From an archaeon (GTDB lineage: Archaea; Nanobdellota; Nanobdellia; Pacearchaeales; GW2011-AR1), in the NCBI GenBank assembly GCA_030699005.1, contig JAUYLQ010000034.1, forward strand, positions 1 through 34,730: a DNA stretch of 34,730 nucleotides, written 5' to 3'. The notes beneath the pieces were generated by a model, which ran no database searches, was not told where the DNA came from, and worked only from the letters and a program-made list of their open reading frames with translations. The position numbers and the translations under genes are program-made. Of the stretch, positions 8,084-16,430 are shown one piece after another; position 1 is the first letter of the stretch; each line of letters starts with the position of its first letter.

Positions 8084-9832
8084 TTATTCTAAAACAGCTT
8101 TAATTCTTCTCACTCCGGCGGATGAAGATTCCTCTTTAATTATTTTAAATTTTCCAAGTTCGCCTGTTCTCTTTACATGTGGTCCGGTGCATATTTCTTT
8201 ACTGACATACTTTTTGGATTTTTCATCGTAAACATTGTAAACTGAAACTTTTTCCGGATATTTTGCCCCAAACTCTGACTGTGCCCCCGATTTGATTGCT
8301 TCTTTTAAGTTCATTTCTTCTCTTTTTACCGGGAGGTTTTTCCCGATTTTGTCGTTGACCCATTCCTCAATTTTTTTCTTTTCTAACTCAGTTAACTTTC
8401 TCTCAAAATTAAAGTCAAACCTTAGCCTTTCAGGAGTGATGTTTGATCCCCTTTGGACTATTGATTTATCATTTAGAACTTGTCTTAAAGCTTCATTCAA
8501 AAGGTGAGTTGCTGTGTGGAGCTTTTCTGTCTTTTCTGAATGGTCGAGAAGTCCAGACTTAAATTTACCCGCAGAAGCTGTTTTAGAGAGTTCCTGATGT
8601 TTTTTTAACTCTTTTTCATATTCTTTTTCGTCCACTTCAATTCCTTTTTCTTCACCAAATTCTTTAGTTAGTTCTATTGGGAATCCATAAGACTGATATA
8701 AAAAGAATGCCTCTTTTCCTGTAATAATTTTATTTTCTTTTGTTAATTTTTCAAATCGCTTCACTCCACTTTCGAGTGTTTCACCGAATTTTCTCTCTTC
8801 TTTTTCAAGTTCTTCTTTTATCTTCTCTTTGTTGAGTTTATAATCAGAATAAATTTTGAAGACGGGTTCAGCAACTTTTGAAGTAAATTTTTCAATTCCA
8901 AGATTTCTGCCATACCTTATTGCTCTCCTTATCAAACGCCTTAATACGTATCCCCTTTCCATGTTCGAGGGTGTGACCCCGTCAGAAATTATGAATGCTG
9001 CCGCTTTTACATGGTCTGCAATTATTCTCATTGCTTTTTCATTTTCTTTGTAACTTTTTTTTGAAATTTCTTCAATCTTTTTTATAATTGGCGCCCACAT
9101 ATCCGCAAGATAATTGTCTTCAAGTCCGTTTAATATCGCAACTGTTCTTTCAACTCCGCCTCCAAAGTCTATATTTTTTTGTTTTGCTGGAGCATAAGAC
9201 CCATTTTCATTTTTTATGTACTCCATTAAGACGTCATTTCCTATTTCAACCCAATTTTCATCTTTCGGATTATATTTTTTTGGGGCTTTTTTCCCGTTCG
9301 GTTTCCAATAAAACATTTCGGTATCGGGTCCGCATGGCCCTGTTCTTCCCGCAGGACCCCACCAGTTGTCATCTAAGAAGGCAATTCTTTCTTTTGAAAT
9401 TCCCAGTTCTTTCCAGATTTTTACCGATTCTTCATCTCTTTGAACATTTTTGTTACCTGCAAAAATACTAACAGCATACCTTTCAAGAGGAATTTTTAAT
9501 ATTTTTGTGTGGAATTCAAAAGTCATCTTTATTGCTTCTTCTTTCCAATAACTTCCTAGTGACCAGTTCCCAAGCATCTCAAAAAATGTATGGTGAAAAG
9601 AATCTCCAACTTCATCAATGTCACCCGTTCTTATGCACCTCTGAACATTTACCAGTTTTTTTCCAAGAGGGTGTTTAATCCCTGAAAGAAACGGGACAAG
9701 AGGGTGCATGCCTGCGGTAGTAAAAAGAACTGTCGGGTCATTCTCAGGAACAAGGGATGCCCCGGGAATTTCTTTATGACTTTTTTCCTTAAAAAATTCA
9801 AGATATTTTTTTATTAATTCTTTTCTGTCCAT
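8084..9832 (-). CDS. alaS: Alanyl-tRNA synthetase, short bacterial-type form (catalytic and editing domains, no C-Ala domain)
   Basis: 582 aa. LVPENDPTVLFTTAGMHPLVPF, RCIRTGDIDEVGDSFHHTFFEMLGNWSLGSYWK, GPCGPDTEMFYW. Editing-site HTATHLL and CTGPHV motifs are near the C-terminus, and the protein ends about 30 aa after the CxxxH motif. Confidence 0.92.
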   Translation of the reverse strand: MDRKELIKKYLEFFKEKSHKEIPGASLVPENDPTVLFTTAGMHPLVPFLSGIKHPLGKKLVNVQRCIRTGDIDEVGDSFHHTFFEMLGNWSLGSYWKEEAIKMTFEFHTKILKIPLERYAVSIFAGNKNVQRDEESVKIWKELGISKERIAFLDDNWWGPAGRTGPCGPDTEMFYWKPNGKKAPKKYNPKDENWVEIGNDVLMEYIKNENGSYAPAKQKNIDFGGGVERTVAILNGLEDNYLADMWAPIIKKIEEISKKSYKENEKAMRIIADHVKAAAFIISDGVTPSNMERGYVLRRLIRRAIRYGRNLGIEKFTSKVAEPVFKIYSDYKLNKEKIKEELEKEERKFGETLESGVKRFEKLTKENKIITGKEAFFLYQSYGFPIELTKEFGEEKGIEVDEKEYEKELKKHQELSKTASAGKFKSGLLDHSEKTEKLHTATHLLNEALRQVLNDKSIVQRGSNITPERLRFDFNFERKLTELEKKKIEEWVNDKIGKNLPVKREEMNLKEAIKSGAQSEFGAKYPEKVSVYNVYDEKSKKYVSKEICTGPHVKRTGELGKFKIIKEESSSAGVRRIKAVLE

Positions 9833-9884
9833 CGTGAAAAAGAGTCTTAAGAATGTTTTAAATTTTTGTGTTAGGGATTAAAAG

Positions 9885-10280
9885 CTAATTGCTTTCGAGC
9901 TTCTCAAGCTTTGCCTGAATTTCTCTTAATTGGGCTTCAATGTCCCCGCTTTTCAGTCTTGAACTTCCTATTTCTACCCCTTCTTTTTCCGTTTCTGAGG
10001 CAGGACTTTCTTTTTGAAGAATTTTTGGAAGTTTCAGTGCAGGGAGAATATTTTCTATTTTTGAAAAGTTCCTTTTAACTTCGATAAACTTTTTCCGTAT
10101 TAAGATTTTTTTTGATAGCTCTTTAAGCCTCAGATTTTTGTGATTAGATATGCTTTGAGAAATTTTTAGAAGGCTCATTTCGGAGGAGAGCAAGTCCCTT
10201 TTTCCACTTATTGCTTCACCATTGTCAAGTTTTATATGGATGGTGTTTCCTTTGGTCTCTGCCGGTTTTTTCTTTGCCAT
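9885..10280 (-). CDS. Hypothetical coiled-coil protein (downstream member of a two-gene pair)
   Basis: 131-aa ORF whose ATG directly abuts the stop codon of the upstream ORF. C-terminal heptad-like GDIEAQLREIQAKLEKLESN. Confidence 0.6.
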   Translation of the reverse strand: MAKKKPAETKGNTIHIKLDNGEAISGKRDLLSSEMSLLKISQSISNHKNLRLKELSKKILIRKKFIEVKRNFSKIENILPALKLPKILQKESPASETEKEGVEIGSSRLKSGDIEAQLREIQAKLEKLESN

Positions 10281-10886
10281 TTAAATTTTAGAAAAAATAT
10301 CTCTATCAACCCTTTCAATTTGACTTTTCATTCCCTGAATTTCGCTTTCCCAAGTTGATAATTCTCTTTCTTCTTTTTCTTTTAATTCTTTTGTTTCCTC
10401 AAGGAGTTTTTCAATTTCACTGATTTTTTCTTTTGTTTCTTTGAAAACTTTCAGTGCCTCTTCAAATTTGTCTATTCTTATAAAAACAGGACCCGTTTCC
10501 CTGGGCATTCTATCCTCTTCTTGAATCCCTATCCCTCTTTCCATATTTTTCTCGGTTGATTTATAAAGTGGTTTCATTTTTGGCAGCTCAGGAATTCTTT
10601 TTTCAGGAGTGAACTTTGAAGGTTTGTTAAATTGCGGTTTTGGGATAAGTTCCTGCCTTGTTATTTCGGGTTCTTCATCCCCTTCACTATAACCAGAAAT
10701 TGCGTTTTTTATGGACTCTCTTGAAAATCTGTCTCCCATGCTACTTGACGGAAAACTTGGAAGTTCATTAATTGTACCAGAAGAATTCTCATCCATCTCC
10801 GGAAAGTTGCTTTCCATATTCGGTAACTCAGGAAGTTCAGGAAGACTTAAGTTGGTTTCCGGCTTTTTTTTAGAAAATAATCCCAT
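10281..10886 (-). CDS. Hypothetical protein: MGLFSKKK N-terminus, Pro/Glu-rich disordered region, C-terminal coiled coil
   Basis: 201 aa. Starts MGLFSKKKPE, with LPELPELPNM.. repeats. GPVFIRIDKFEEALKVFKETKEKISEIEKLLEETKELKEKEERELSTWESEIQGMKSQIERV is strongly coiled-coil-like. Confidence 0.6.
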   Translation of the reverse strand: MGLFSKKKPETNLSLPELPELPNMESNFPEMDENSSGTINELPSFPSSSMGDRFSRESIKNAISGYSEGDEEPEITRQELIPKPQFNKPSKFTPEKRIPELPKMKPLYKSTEKNMERGIGIQEEDRMPRETGPVFIRIDKFEEALKVFKETKEKISEIEKLLEETKELKEKEERELSTWESEIQGMKSQIERVDRDIFSKI

Positions 10887-11017
10887 TTTTTACCTCTAAA
10901 TATATAATGCATTATATACTTTAAAAATGTTATTCCTGATTCTTTCTCTTTTAATTTACGTCTATCTGGAGAATTTTGACCGAAAGCTATTTTAATTCAA
11001 TCTTTTTTAATTAAAAC

Positions 11018-11788
11018 ATGCTAAATGAACTTCTTGGGGAAATTGTAATTTCAGTTGTAGGAAAGCAGGCGACCGAAATTGTGGAACTCTTGAATACTCC
11101 AAAATATGTAAATGAATTTTTGCTTGCAAAAAAGTTGGGAGTTACAATTAATCAGACAAGAAATATGCTCTACAAAATGTCTGACTACGGTCTTGTTTCT
11201 TCTGTTAGAAAAAAGGATAAGAAAAAGGGATGGTATACCTACTCCTGGAGATTTGAAATTTCAAAATGCCTTGAATTTTTGAAAGACCTTCTTTTAAAAA
11301 ATAAAAAAGAAATTGAAGAGGAAATCGCCTCAAGAAAATTGAAGAGATTTTATGTATGTGAATCCTGTGGCCTTGAATATGATGAAGACCAGGCTCTTTT
11401 GATGGACTTTACATGTGATGAATGCGGGGAGGTTTTTACAGTCAAAGATAGTTCTAAACTTATAAAAGATCTTGAAAAAGCCCTTACAAAAATAAATGCA
11501 AAACTTAAAATCGTTGAAGTTGAAGTTGAAAAAGAGAGGGGGAAACTTGACAAAAAGAAGGCGCTCGATTTGAAAAAAGAAGAGAAAGAGATAATCAAGA
11601 AAAAAGCTCTTCAAAAGAAGAAAAGGGAATTAAACAAGAAGGTTCAAAAAGCAGAAAATGAAAAATCTCTCAAAAAGAGCAATAAAAAAGTGAAAAAAGT
11701 TCTTCCTAAAATGAAGTCTGCAGCAAAAAAAGAGAAAATTCGAAAGAAAGTTTCCCCAAAGAAGGGAAAGAAAGTAAGCAAAAAATAG
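11018..11788 (+). CDS. tfe: Transcription factor E alpha (TFIIE-alpha homologue) with long Lys-rich C-terminal tail
   Basis: 256 aa. N-terminal winged helix (VNEFLLAKKLGVTINQTRNMLYKMSDYGLVSSVRKKDKKKGWYTYSWRF), zinc ribbon YVCESCG...FTCDECG, then an approximately 90-aa tail dominated by K (KKKALQKKKRELNKKVQK...KKVSPKKGKKVSKK). Confidence 0.85.
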   Translation: MLNELLGEIVISVVGKQATEIVELLNTPKYVNEFLLAKKLGVTINQTRNMLYKMSDYGLVSSVRKKDKKKGWYTYSWRFEISKCLEFLKDLLLKNKKEIEEEIASRKLKRFYVCESCGLEYDEDQALLMDFTCDECGEVFTVKDSSKLIKDLEKALTKINAKLKIVEVEVEKERGKLDKKKALDLKKEEKEIIKKKALQKKKRELNKKVQKAENEKSLKKSNKKVKKVLPKMKSAAKKEKIRKKVSPKKGKKVSKK

Positions 11789-11830
11789 ATGTTTCTTAAG
11801 GTTTAAATAACCCTTTGCCTTTTTTTCAAA

Positions 11831-12499
11831 ATGGCAGTATATCAAGTTTTTCCGGATAAAAAGAGAAGTGTTTTTAAAAGAATTAGTGTCACAACCTGGT
11901 TGATTATTTTGAATGTTTTATTCTTTCTTGTCTTTTACTTTTTAATTTCGCTCGGAGTTTTAAAGATGGATTATATCGCTTTAAATCCTTCAAATATTAT
12001 TAACCATCTTTACATTTGGACTTTTATCACAAGCATGTTTATGCATGGAGGGTTCTTTCATCTTTTTGTGAATATGCTTTCCCTCTTTTTTGTTGGAAAT
12101 CTTCTCGAGAGAATCCTCGGAGGTAAAAGGTACTTTGCTTTTTATATTGCAGCAGGGATTTTTTCTGGGCTGCTTTTTCTAGTTTCATCTTTTATCTTCA
12201 CAAGTGACTTCAATCTCTATGCTGTCGGAGCTTCAGGTGCCATCTTTGGGCTTATTGGGGTTCTTATGTTCTTGACCCCAAACCTTCCGGTTTATCTTCT
12301 TTTTATTCCTGTTCCCGTAAAAATGAAGTATGCCGCACCCGGGATGCTTGTTTTACTTTGGGTTGTTTCAATAGGGTTAAGCGTTCCAATCGGAAACGCT
12401 GCACATCTTGGGGGATTTTTGTTTGGCGTTTTTTATGGGTTTTATTTAAGAAAAAAATACCCCAATAAAGTAAACTATCTTTCAAAACATTTTAGGTAA
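11831..12499 (+). CDS. Rhomboid-family intramembrane serine protease
   Basis: 222 aa, multi-TM. MHGGFFHLFVNM, catalytic GASGAIFGLIG and AHLGGFLFG motifs. Confidence 0.88.
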   Translation: MAVYQVFPDKKRSVFKRISVTTWLIILNVLFFLVFYFLISLGVLKMDYIALNPSNIINHLYIWTFITSMFMHGGFFHLFVNMLSLFFVGNLLERILGGKRYFAFYIAAGIFSGLLFLVSSFIFTSDFNLYAVGASGAIFGLIGVLMFLTPNLPVYLLFIPVPVKMKYAAPGMLVLLWVVSIGLSVPIGNAAHLGGFLFGVFYGFYLRKKYPNKVNYLSKHFR

Positions 12500-12500
12500 G

Positions 12501-13106
12501 ATGGTCAAAAGAGGAAGTTTCAATTGGAGGGCATTCCTGGAAGAAGGCTATAAAAATTCTTTTCAGTATATTCAAGAATCAAAAAAATTTATCTATTCTG
12601 CTATCGGGATTTTTTTCTTTTTTTTCCTTGTTGGTTTTTTTGTTCCTTTTCCTGAAAATTTTAAACTTGAAATTTTGAAATATCTCCAGGATCTTATCCG
12701 AGAAACAGAAGGTTTTGGCCTTCTTGATATGATTCTTTTTTTATACGGAAACAATTCTCTTTCGAGTTTCATGGGTCTTTTTTTTGGTTTTATATTTGGA
12801 ATTTTTCCATTTTTGGTTGCATCCTTTAATGGCCTTATTCTCGGGCTTGTTTCAAACTTAAGTGTCTCAGAAGGCGGAATTCTTTCTCTTTGGAGGCTTT
12901 TCCCTCACGGGATTTTTGAACTTCCGGCAATTTTCATTTCTCTTGGATTGGGTTTGAAACTTTCAACTTTTATCTTCGAAAAAAAGAAGTGGGAGTCTTT
13001 AAGGGTCTTTTTTGAAAAGTCTTTTTATGTTTATATTTTGGTCGTTTTGCCGCTTCTTTTAATTGCAGCAATTATAGAAGGAATTCTGATTATTTTTGGC
13101 TCTTAA
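12501..13106 (+). CDS. SpoIIM-like (DUF95) integral membrane protein
   Basis: 201 aa. Starts 1 nt after the rhomboid stop. FNGLILG...LFPHGIFELPAIFISLGLG matches the SpoIIM/DUF95 family pattern. Multiple TM helices. Confidence 0.7.
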   Translation: MVKRGSFNWRAFLEEGYKNSFQYIQESKKFIYSAIGIFFFFFLVGFFVPFPENFKLEILKYLQDLIRETEGFGLLDMILFLYGNNSLSSFMGLFFGFIFGIFPFLVASFNGLILGLVSNLSVSEGGILSLWRLFPHGIFELPAIFISLGLGLKLSTFIFEKKKWESLRVFFEKSFYVYILVVLPLLLIAAIIEGILIIFGS

Positions 13107-13294
13107 TTTTTCAAATCGTTTATTCCAAGGACAATCAGGGAAATTCCAAGAACAATAGCAAAAACCGTAACTACGCCCTGAATTAATTTCCATGCCGCTT
13201 CTCCCCAATCCGAAAGAGGCATTCCCGGAACAATCAAGTAAATAGGAACGACAACAAGAACTAAACCCAAGATTATCTTCAAAGCTTTATTCAT
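13103..13294 (-). CDS. Small two-TM membrane protein, unknown function
   Basis: 63-aa ORF with ATG start. Two clear hydrophobic helices (ALKIILGLVLVVVPIYLIV; VVTVFAIVLGISLIVLGI). Convergent 4-nt stop overlap with the SpoIIM-like gene. Confidence 0.5.
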   Translation of the reverse strand: MNKALKIILGLVLVVVPIYLIVPGMPLSDWGEAAWKLIQGVVTVFAIVLGISLIVLGINDLKN

Positions 13295-13371
13295 ATGTTC
13301 TTTAGGAGAAGGTATTTTAAAAAAGTTTGGTATTTGGTTAATTTTAAAAAGTGCCTGTATGTCTCCATTTT

Positions 13372-14370
13372 ATGGTAATTGTTAAGGATAATGAGGAAAT
13401 TGCAAGAAAAAACATCTTAAGAATGTCCCAAGAAGCAGAAGGGAAGTCAATAAAAGGATATGACTTTAATCGGGGGGTTCTTTATCCTGAAATATTAAAA
13501 AGTTTTAGCTCAACAGGGATTCAGGCAAGCAATTTCTCAAGTGCTGTGAAAATAGTGAATGAGATGATAAAAGAGAAGGCTTTTATTTATCTCGGATACA
13601 CTTCAAACTTGGTTACTTCTGGAGTTCGTGATGTTATACGATATCTTGCAGAGCATAAAAAAGTAGGGGTTTTAGTCACAACTGCCGGGGGGATTGAAGA
13701 AGACATCATAAAATGCCTTGGAGATTTCAAGCTTGGAGATTTCAGAGCCGATGGGAAAACCCTCAGGGAAAAAGGAATAAACCGAGCGGGAAACATTTTC
13801 ATTCCAAACTCAAGATACTGCGACTTTGAAGAGTTCATAATTCCCATTTTAGAAGAGTTTTACAAGAGACAAAAAGGAACAGGAAAGGTTGTCACACCCA
13901 GTGAACTAATATGGAAACTTGGTGAAACAATAAATAATAGGGAGTCAATTTATTACTGGGCTTATAAAAATAAAATTTCTGTTTTTTGCCCAGCAATTAC
14001 TGACGGGAGCTTGGGGGACATGATTTACTTTTTTAAGTCAAAGCATTCGGATTTTTTGATTGATGTTGCTGAGGACATATGGGCTTTGAATAATACCACT
14101 CTTTCCCCTGAAAAGACAGGGGTCGTGATTTTAGGAGGGGGCATTGTTAAGCACTCAATCTGCAATGCAAATATGTTCAGGAACGGGACAGATTATGCAG
14201 TTTATGTGAACACTGCAGAAGAGCATGACGGATCTGATGCTGGGGCCCTTCCTGAAGAAGCTGTCAGCTGGGGAAAAATCTCTCCAAATGCAAAGTCGGT
14301 CAAGGTTTATGGAGATGCATCAATCCTCTTTCCGTTAATTGTCGCTGAAAGTTTTGCTAAAAATAATTAA
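13372..14370 (+). CDS. dys: Deoxyhypusine synthase
   Basis: YLGYTSNLVTSGVRDVIRYLAEHKKVGVLVTTAGGIEEDIIKCLG, GDMIYF, VILGGGIVKH, EAVSWGKI. First ATG at 13372; the ORF-track start at 13351 is GTG. Confidence 0.9.
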   Translation: MVIVKDNEEIARKNILRMSQEAEGKSIKGYDFNRGVLYPEILKSFSSTGIQASNFSSAVKIVNEMIKEKAFIYLGYTSNLVTSGVRDVIRYLAEHKKVGVLVTTAGGIEEDIIKCLGDFKLGDFRADGKTLREKGINRAGNIFIPNSRYCDFEEFIIPILEEFYKRQKGTGKVVTPSELIWKLGETINNRESIYYWAYKNKISVFCPAITDGSLGDMIYFFKSKHSDFLIDVAEDIWALNNTTLSPEKTGVVILGGGIVKHSICNANMFRNGTDYAVYVNTAEEHDGSDAGALPEEAVSWGKISPNAKSVKVYGDASILFPLIVAESFAKNN

Positions 14371-14441
14371 TTTCCAAAAATCTTTACTACTCAATAATAT
14401 CTAAGATAAATATTTAAATAGAAGTGGAGATTTTTTACGTC

Positions 14442-15539
14442 ATGGGAGATGAAGAAGAGAAAGCAGGAGAACTTTTTTTGCCTTTTTCAAAAGAAAGTTC
14501 GGAGGGGGAACTTGGAAAAGACTTTATTGATGTTCTCAGAATGGTTGCTCCGGGTACGAGTTTAAGAGTTGCATTGGATGATTTTTTAAATGCAAAGATG
14601 GGTGCTTTAATAGTTCTTGATAATGAAAATCTTGGGGGGATAATCGAGGGGGGGTTTACAGTAAACACAAAATTTAGTGCACAAAAACTTGTTGAACTTG
14701 CAAAAATGGACGGAGCAATAATTCTTTCAAAAGATGCAAAAGACATTTTGAGAGTAAATGCTCTTTTATTCCCAGATATTTCAATAAATACAAAAGAAAC
14801 AGGAACTAGGCACAAAGCTGCTGAAAGAACAGCAAAGCAGGCAAAAACAATTGCGATTGCGGTTTCAGAGAGAAAAAATAAAATTTCAATTTACTATGGG
14901 GATTCTTCTTATCAGCTTCAGAGAAGTTCAGAGATTTTAAGAAGAGCTTCCGAAACCCTTCAAATTTTGGAGAAGCAAAGGGATATCTTTGATGAATATC
15001 TTTCAAATTTAAATGCACTTGAACTGAGAAAACATGCAACGATAACGGATGTTTGTTTGGTTCTGCAGAGAGTTGAAATTATGAAAAGGATTTCAGAGAC
15101 TGTTCAGAGGCTTTTAGTTGAGCTTGGAAAAGAGGGAATGATTGTTAAAATGAGATTAAAGGAATTGATGGGGGGTCTTCAGAGAGAGGAGGAATTAATT
15201 TTAAAAGATTATTTTAGCTCCAACCATTCTTCATCTTTGGGGATTCTTGAAAAGATGGATTTTGATTTCTTGCTTGAGCCCTTAAACATTTCAAGGCTCC
15301 TGTTCGAAGAGCTTCATGATAAAAATGTTTCACCCAAAGGATTAAGACTTCTTGCAAAGACCAACCTTCTTGAAAGGTACATGGATTTACTTGTTGGGAA
15401 TTTTGAAAATTTGTCTGAAATCTTGAGCGCGACCAATGAAGAGCTTTTGAGTGTTCTTGGAAGTGAATCAATGCTTGCATTTTTTAAGGAAGAGATTTAC
15501 AATCTAAAAGAAAAAGTTAACCTGGGTAAAGAATTATAA
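14442..15539 (+). CDS. disA: DisA-type diadenylate cyclase (DAC domain, helical linker, C-terminal HhH)
   Basis: VAPGTSLRVALDDFLNAKMGALIVL...GGFTVNTKFSAQKLVELAKMDGAIILSKD...ETGTRHKAAERTAKQAKTIAIAVSERKNKISIYYG. Collinear by eye with my recollection of Thermotoga DisA, including the linker (LEKQRDIFDEYLSNLNALELR, LVELGKEGMIVKMRLKEL) and the HhH-like C-terminus (NFENLSEILSATNEELLSVLGS). First ATG at 14442; GTG at 14424. Confidence 0.88.
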   Translation: MGDEEEKAGELFLPFSKESSEGELGKDFIDVLRMVAPGTSLRVALDDFLNAKMGALIVLDNENLGGIIEGGFTVNTKFSAQKLVELAKMDGAIILSKDAKDILRVNALLFPDISINTKETGTRHKAAERTAKQAKTIAIAVSERKNKISIYYGDSSYQLQRSSEILRRASETLQILEKQRDIFDEYLSNLNALELRKHATITDVCLVLQRVEIMKRISETVQRLLVELGKEGMIVKMRLKELMGGLQREEELILKDYFSSNHSSSLGILEKMDFDFLLEPLNISRLLFEELHDKNVSPKGLRLLAKTNLLERYMDLLVGNFENLSEILSATNEELLSVLGSESMLAFFKEEIYNLKEKVNLGKEL

Positions 15540-15584
15540 TTGAGAATCTAAATTATTATAAAATCTATTTTCTTTTTAGTTTAG

Positions 15585-16391
15585 ATGAATGGCGAGGATG
15601 AATTTTTTTTATCAGATTCAGTTAGAGTATATCTGAAATCTGAGAAGAATAAACTTGAAGAGCTGGTGGTACTCGCAAAATCAAAGGATGTTTCAAATGA
15701 AATTGGCATAATGAAGAAGATGGGGGATTTCCCGCCATTTACGATGCTTGTTTATGAAAATTTTTTAGGTTGGAGCAATTTTCATCGTAAGGATGAGAGT
15801 ATAATCTTAACCTTAACGGATTATTCTGACAAAATGTTTGAAGCATGGGTTGATTGCTCTTTTTCATTCAACAAAAGTCCCATTCGCATAATAAAAAAGA
15901 TGAGCAGCTTTGAAGAATTTTATCGAAGAATAAATCTCAGAACGAGTTTTGATTGGGTCGAGTATGACTATAAAACTCAAGTAATGCGTGAAAACATGAA
16001 AAAAACATGTTCAGTTAAAAAATATCTTGATTTAAACCTGTCGTACTCCCCTGAAAAAGAGGTTTATTCTTTAACTGACTTTCAGGATGGGGTTAGAGTA
16101 AATCTCCTTATGATTAATGAAGATAAAAATGGTCCAGAAGGAAAAAGGCTTTTTTCGTGTGAAGGTAATCAGGAGATGTATTCCCTGTCTCTTGGGGCTG
16201 TTGAAGAGATGATTCTTTCTAGAAATCCTGATGCAATCATTGTAAGGGAGCCCTTTTTTTGCTGTTCCGGAAGCATTATAAAAATCCCTAGCTGCGTTCA
16301 AAATGTTTTTCTAAAAGCTTACTTAGAAAAGTTGGGATTAAAAATGCCGGAAAAAGGGGAGTCCAGGATAGATTTAATAAGTCCAAACTGA
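15585..16391 (+). CDS. Hypothetical cytoplasmic protein, no recognisable domain
   Basis: 268-aa ORF with ATG start, same strand and close spacing between disA and a DHH gene. No TM segment. Several Cys, including FFCCSGSIIKIPSC. Confidence 0.6.
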   Translation: MNGEDEFFLSDSVRVYLKSEKNKLEELVVLAKSKDVSNEIGIMKKMGDFPPFTMLVYENFLGWSNFHRKDESIILTLTDYSDKMFEAWVDCSFSFNKSPIRIIKKMSSFEEFYRRINLRTSFDWVEYDYKTQVMRENMKKTCSVKKYLDLNLSYSPEKEVYSLTDFQDGVRVNLLMINEDKNGPEGKRLFSCEGNQEMYSLSLGAVEEMILSRNPDAIIVREPFFCCSGSIIKIPSCVQNVFLKAYLEKLGLKMPEKGESRIDLISPN

Positions 16392-16430
16392 CTTCTCAAC
16401 CTTTTTATACTGAAATTTACTCCTTTTTTC

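Noticed and set aside
8292-9471. Antisense ORFs within alaS (8292-8507, 8856-9053, 9088-9471), and similar ones within leuS, gatE, dys, disA, aspS and asnS
   Set aside because: All overlap genes with strong family signatures on the other strand. They are short, low-complexity and without start-site context.
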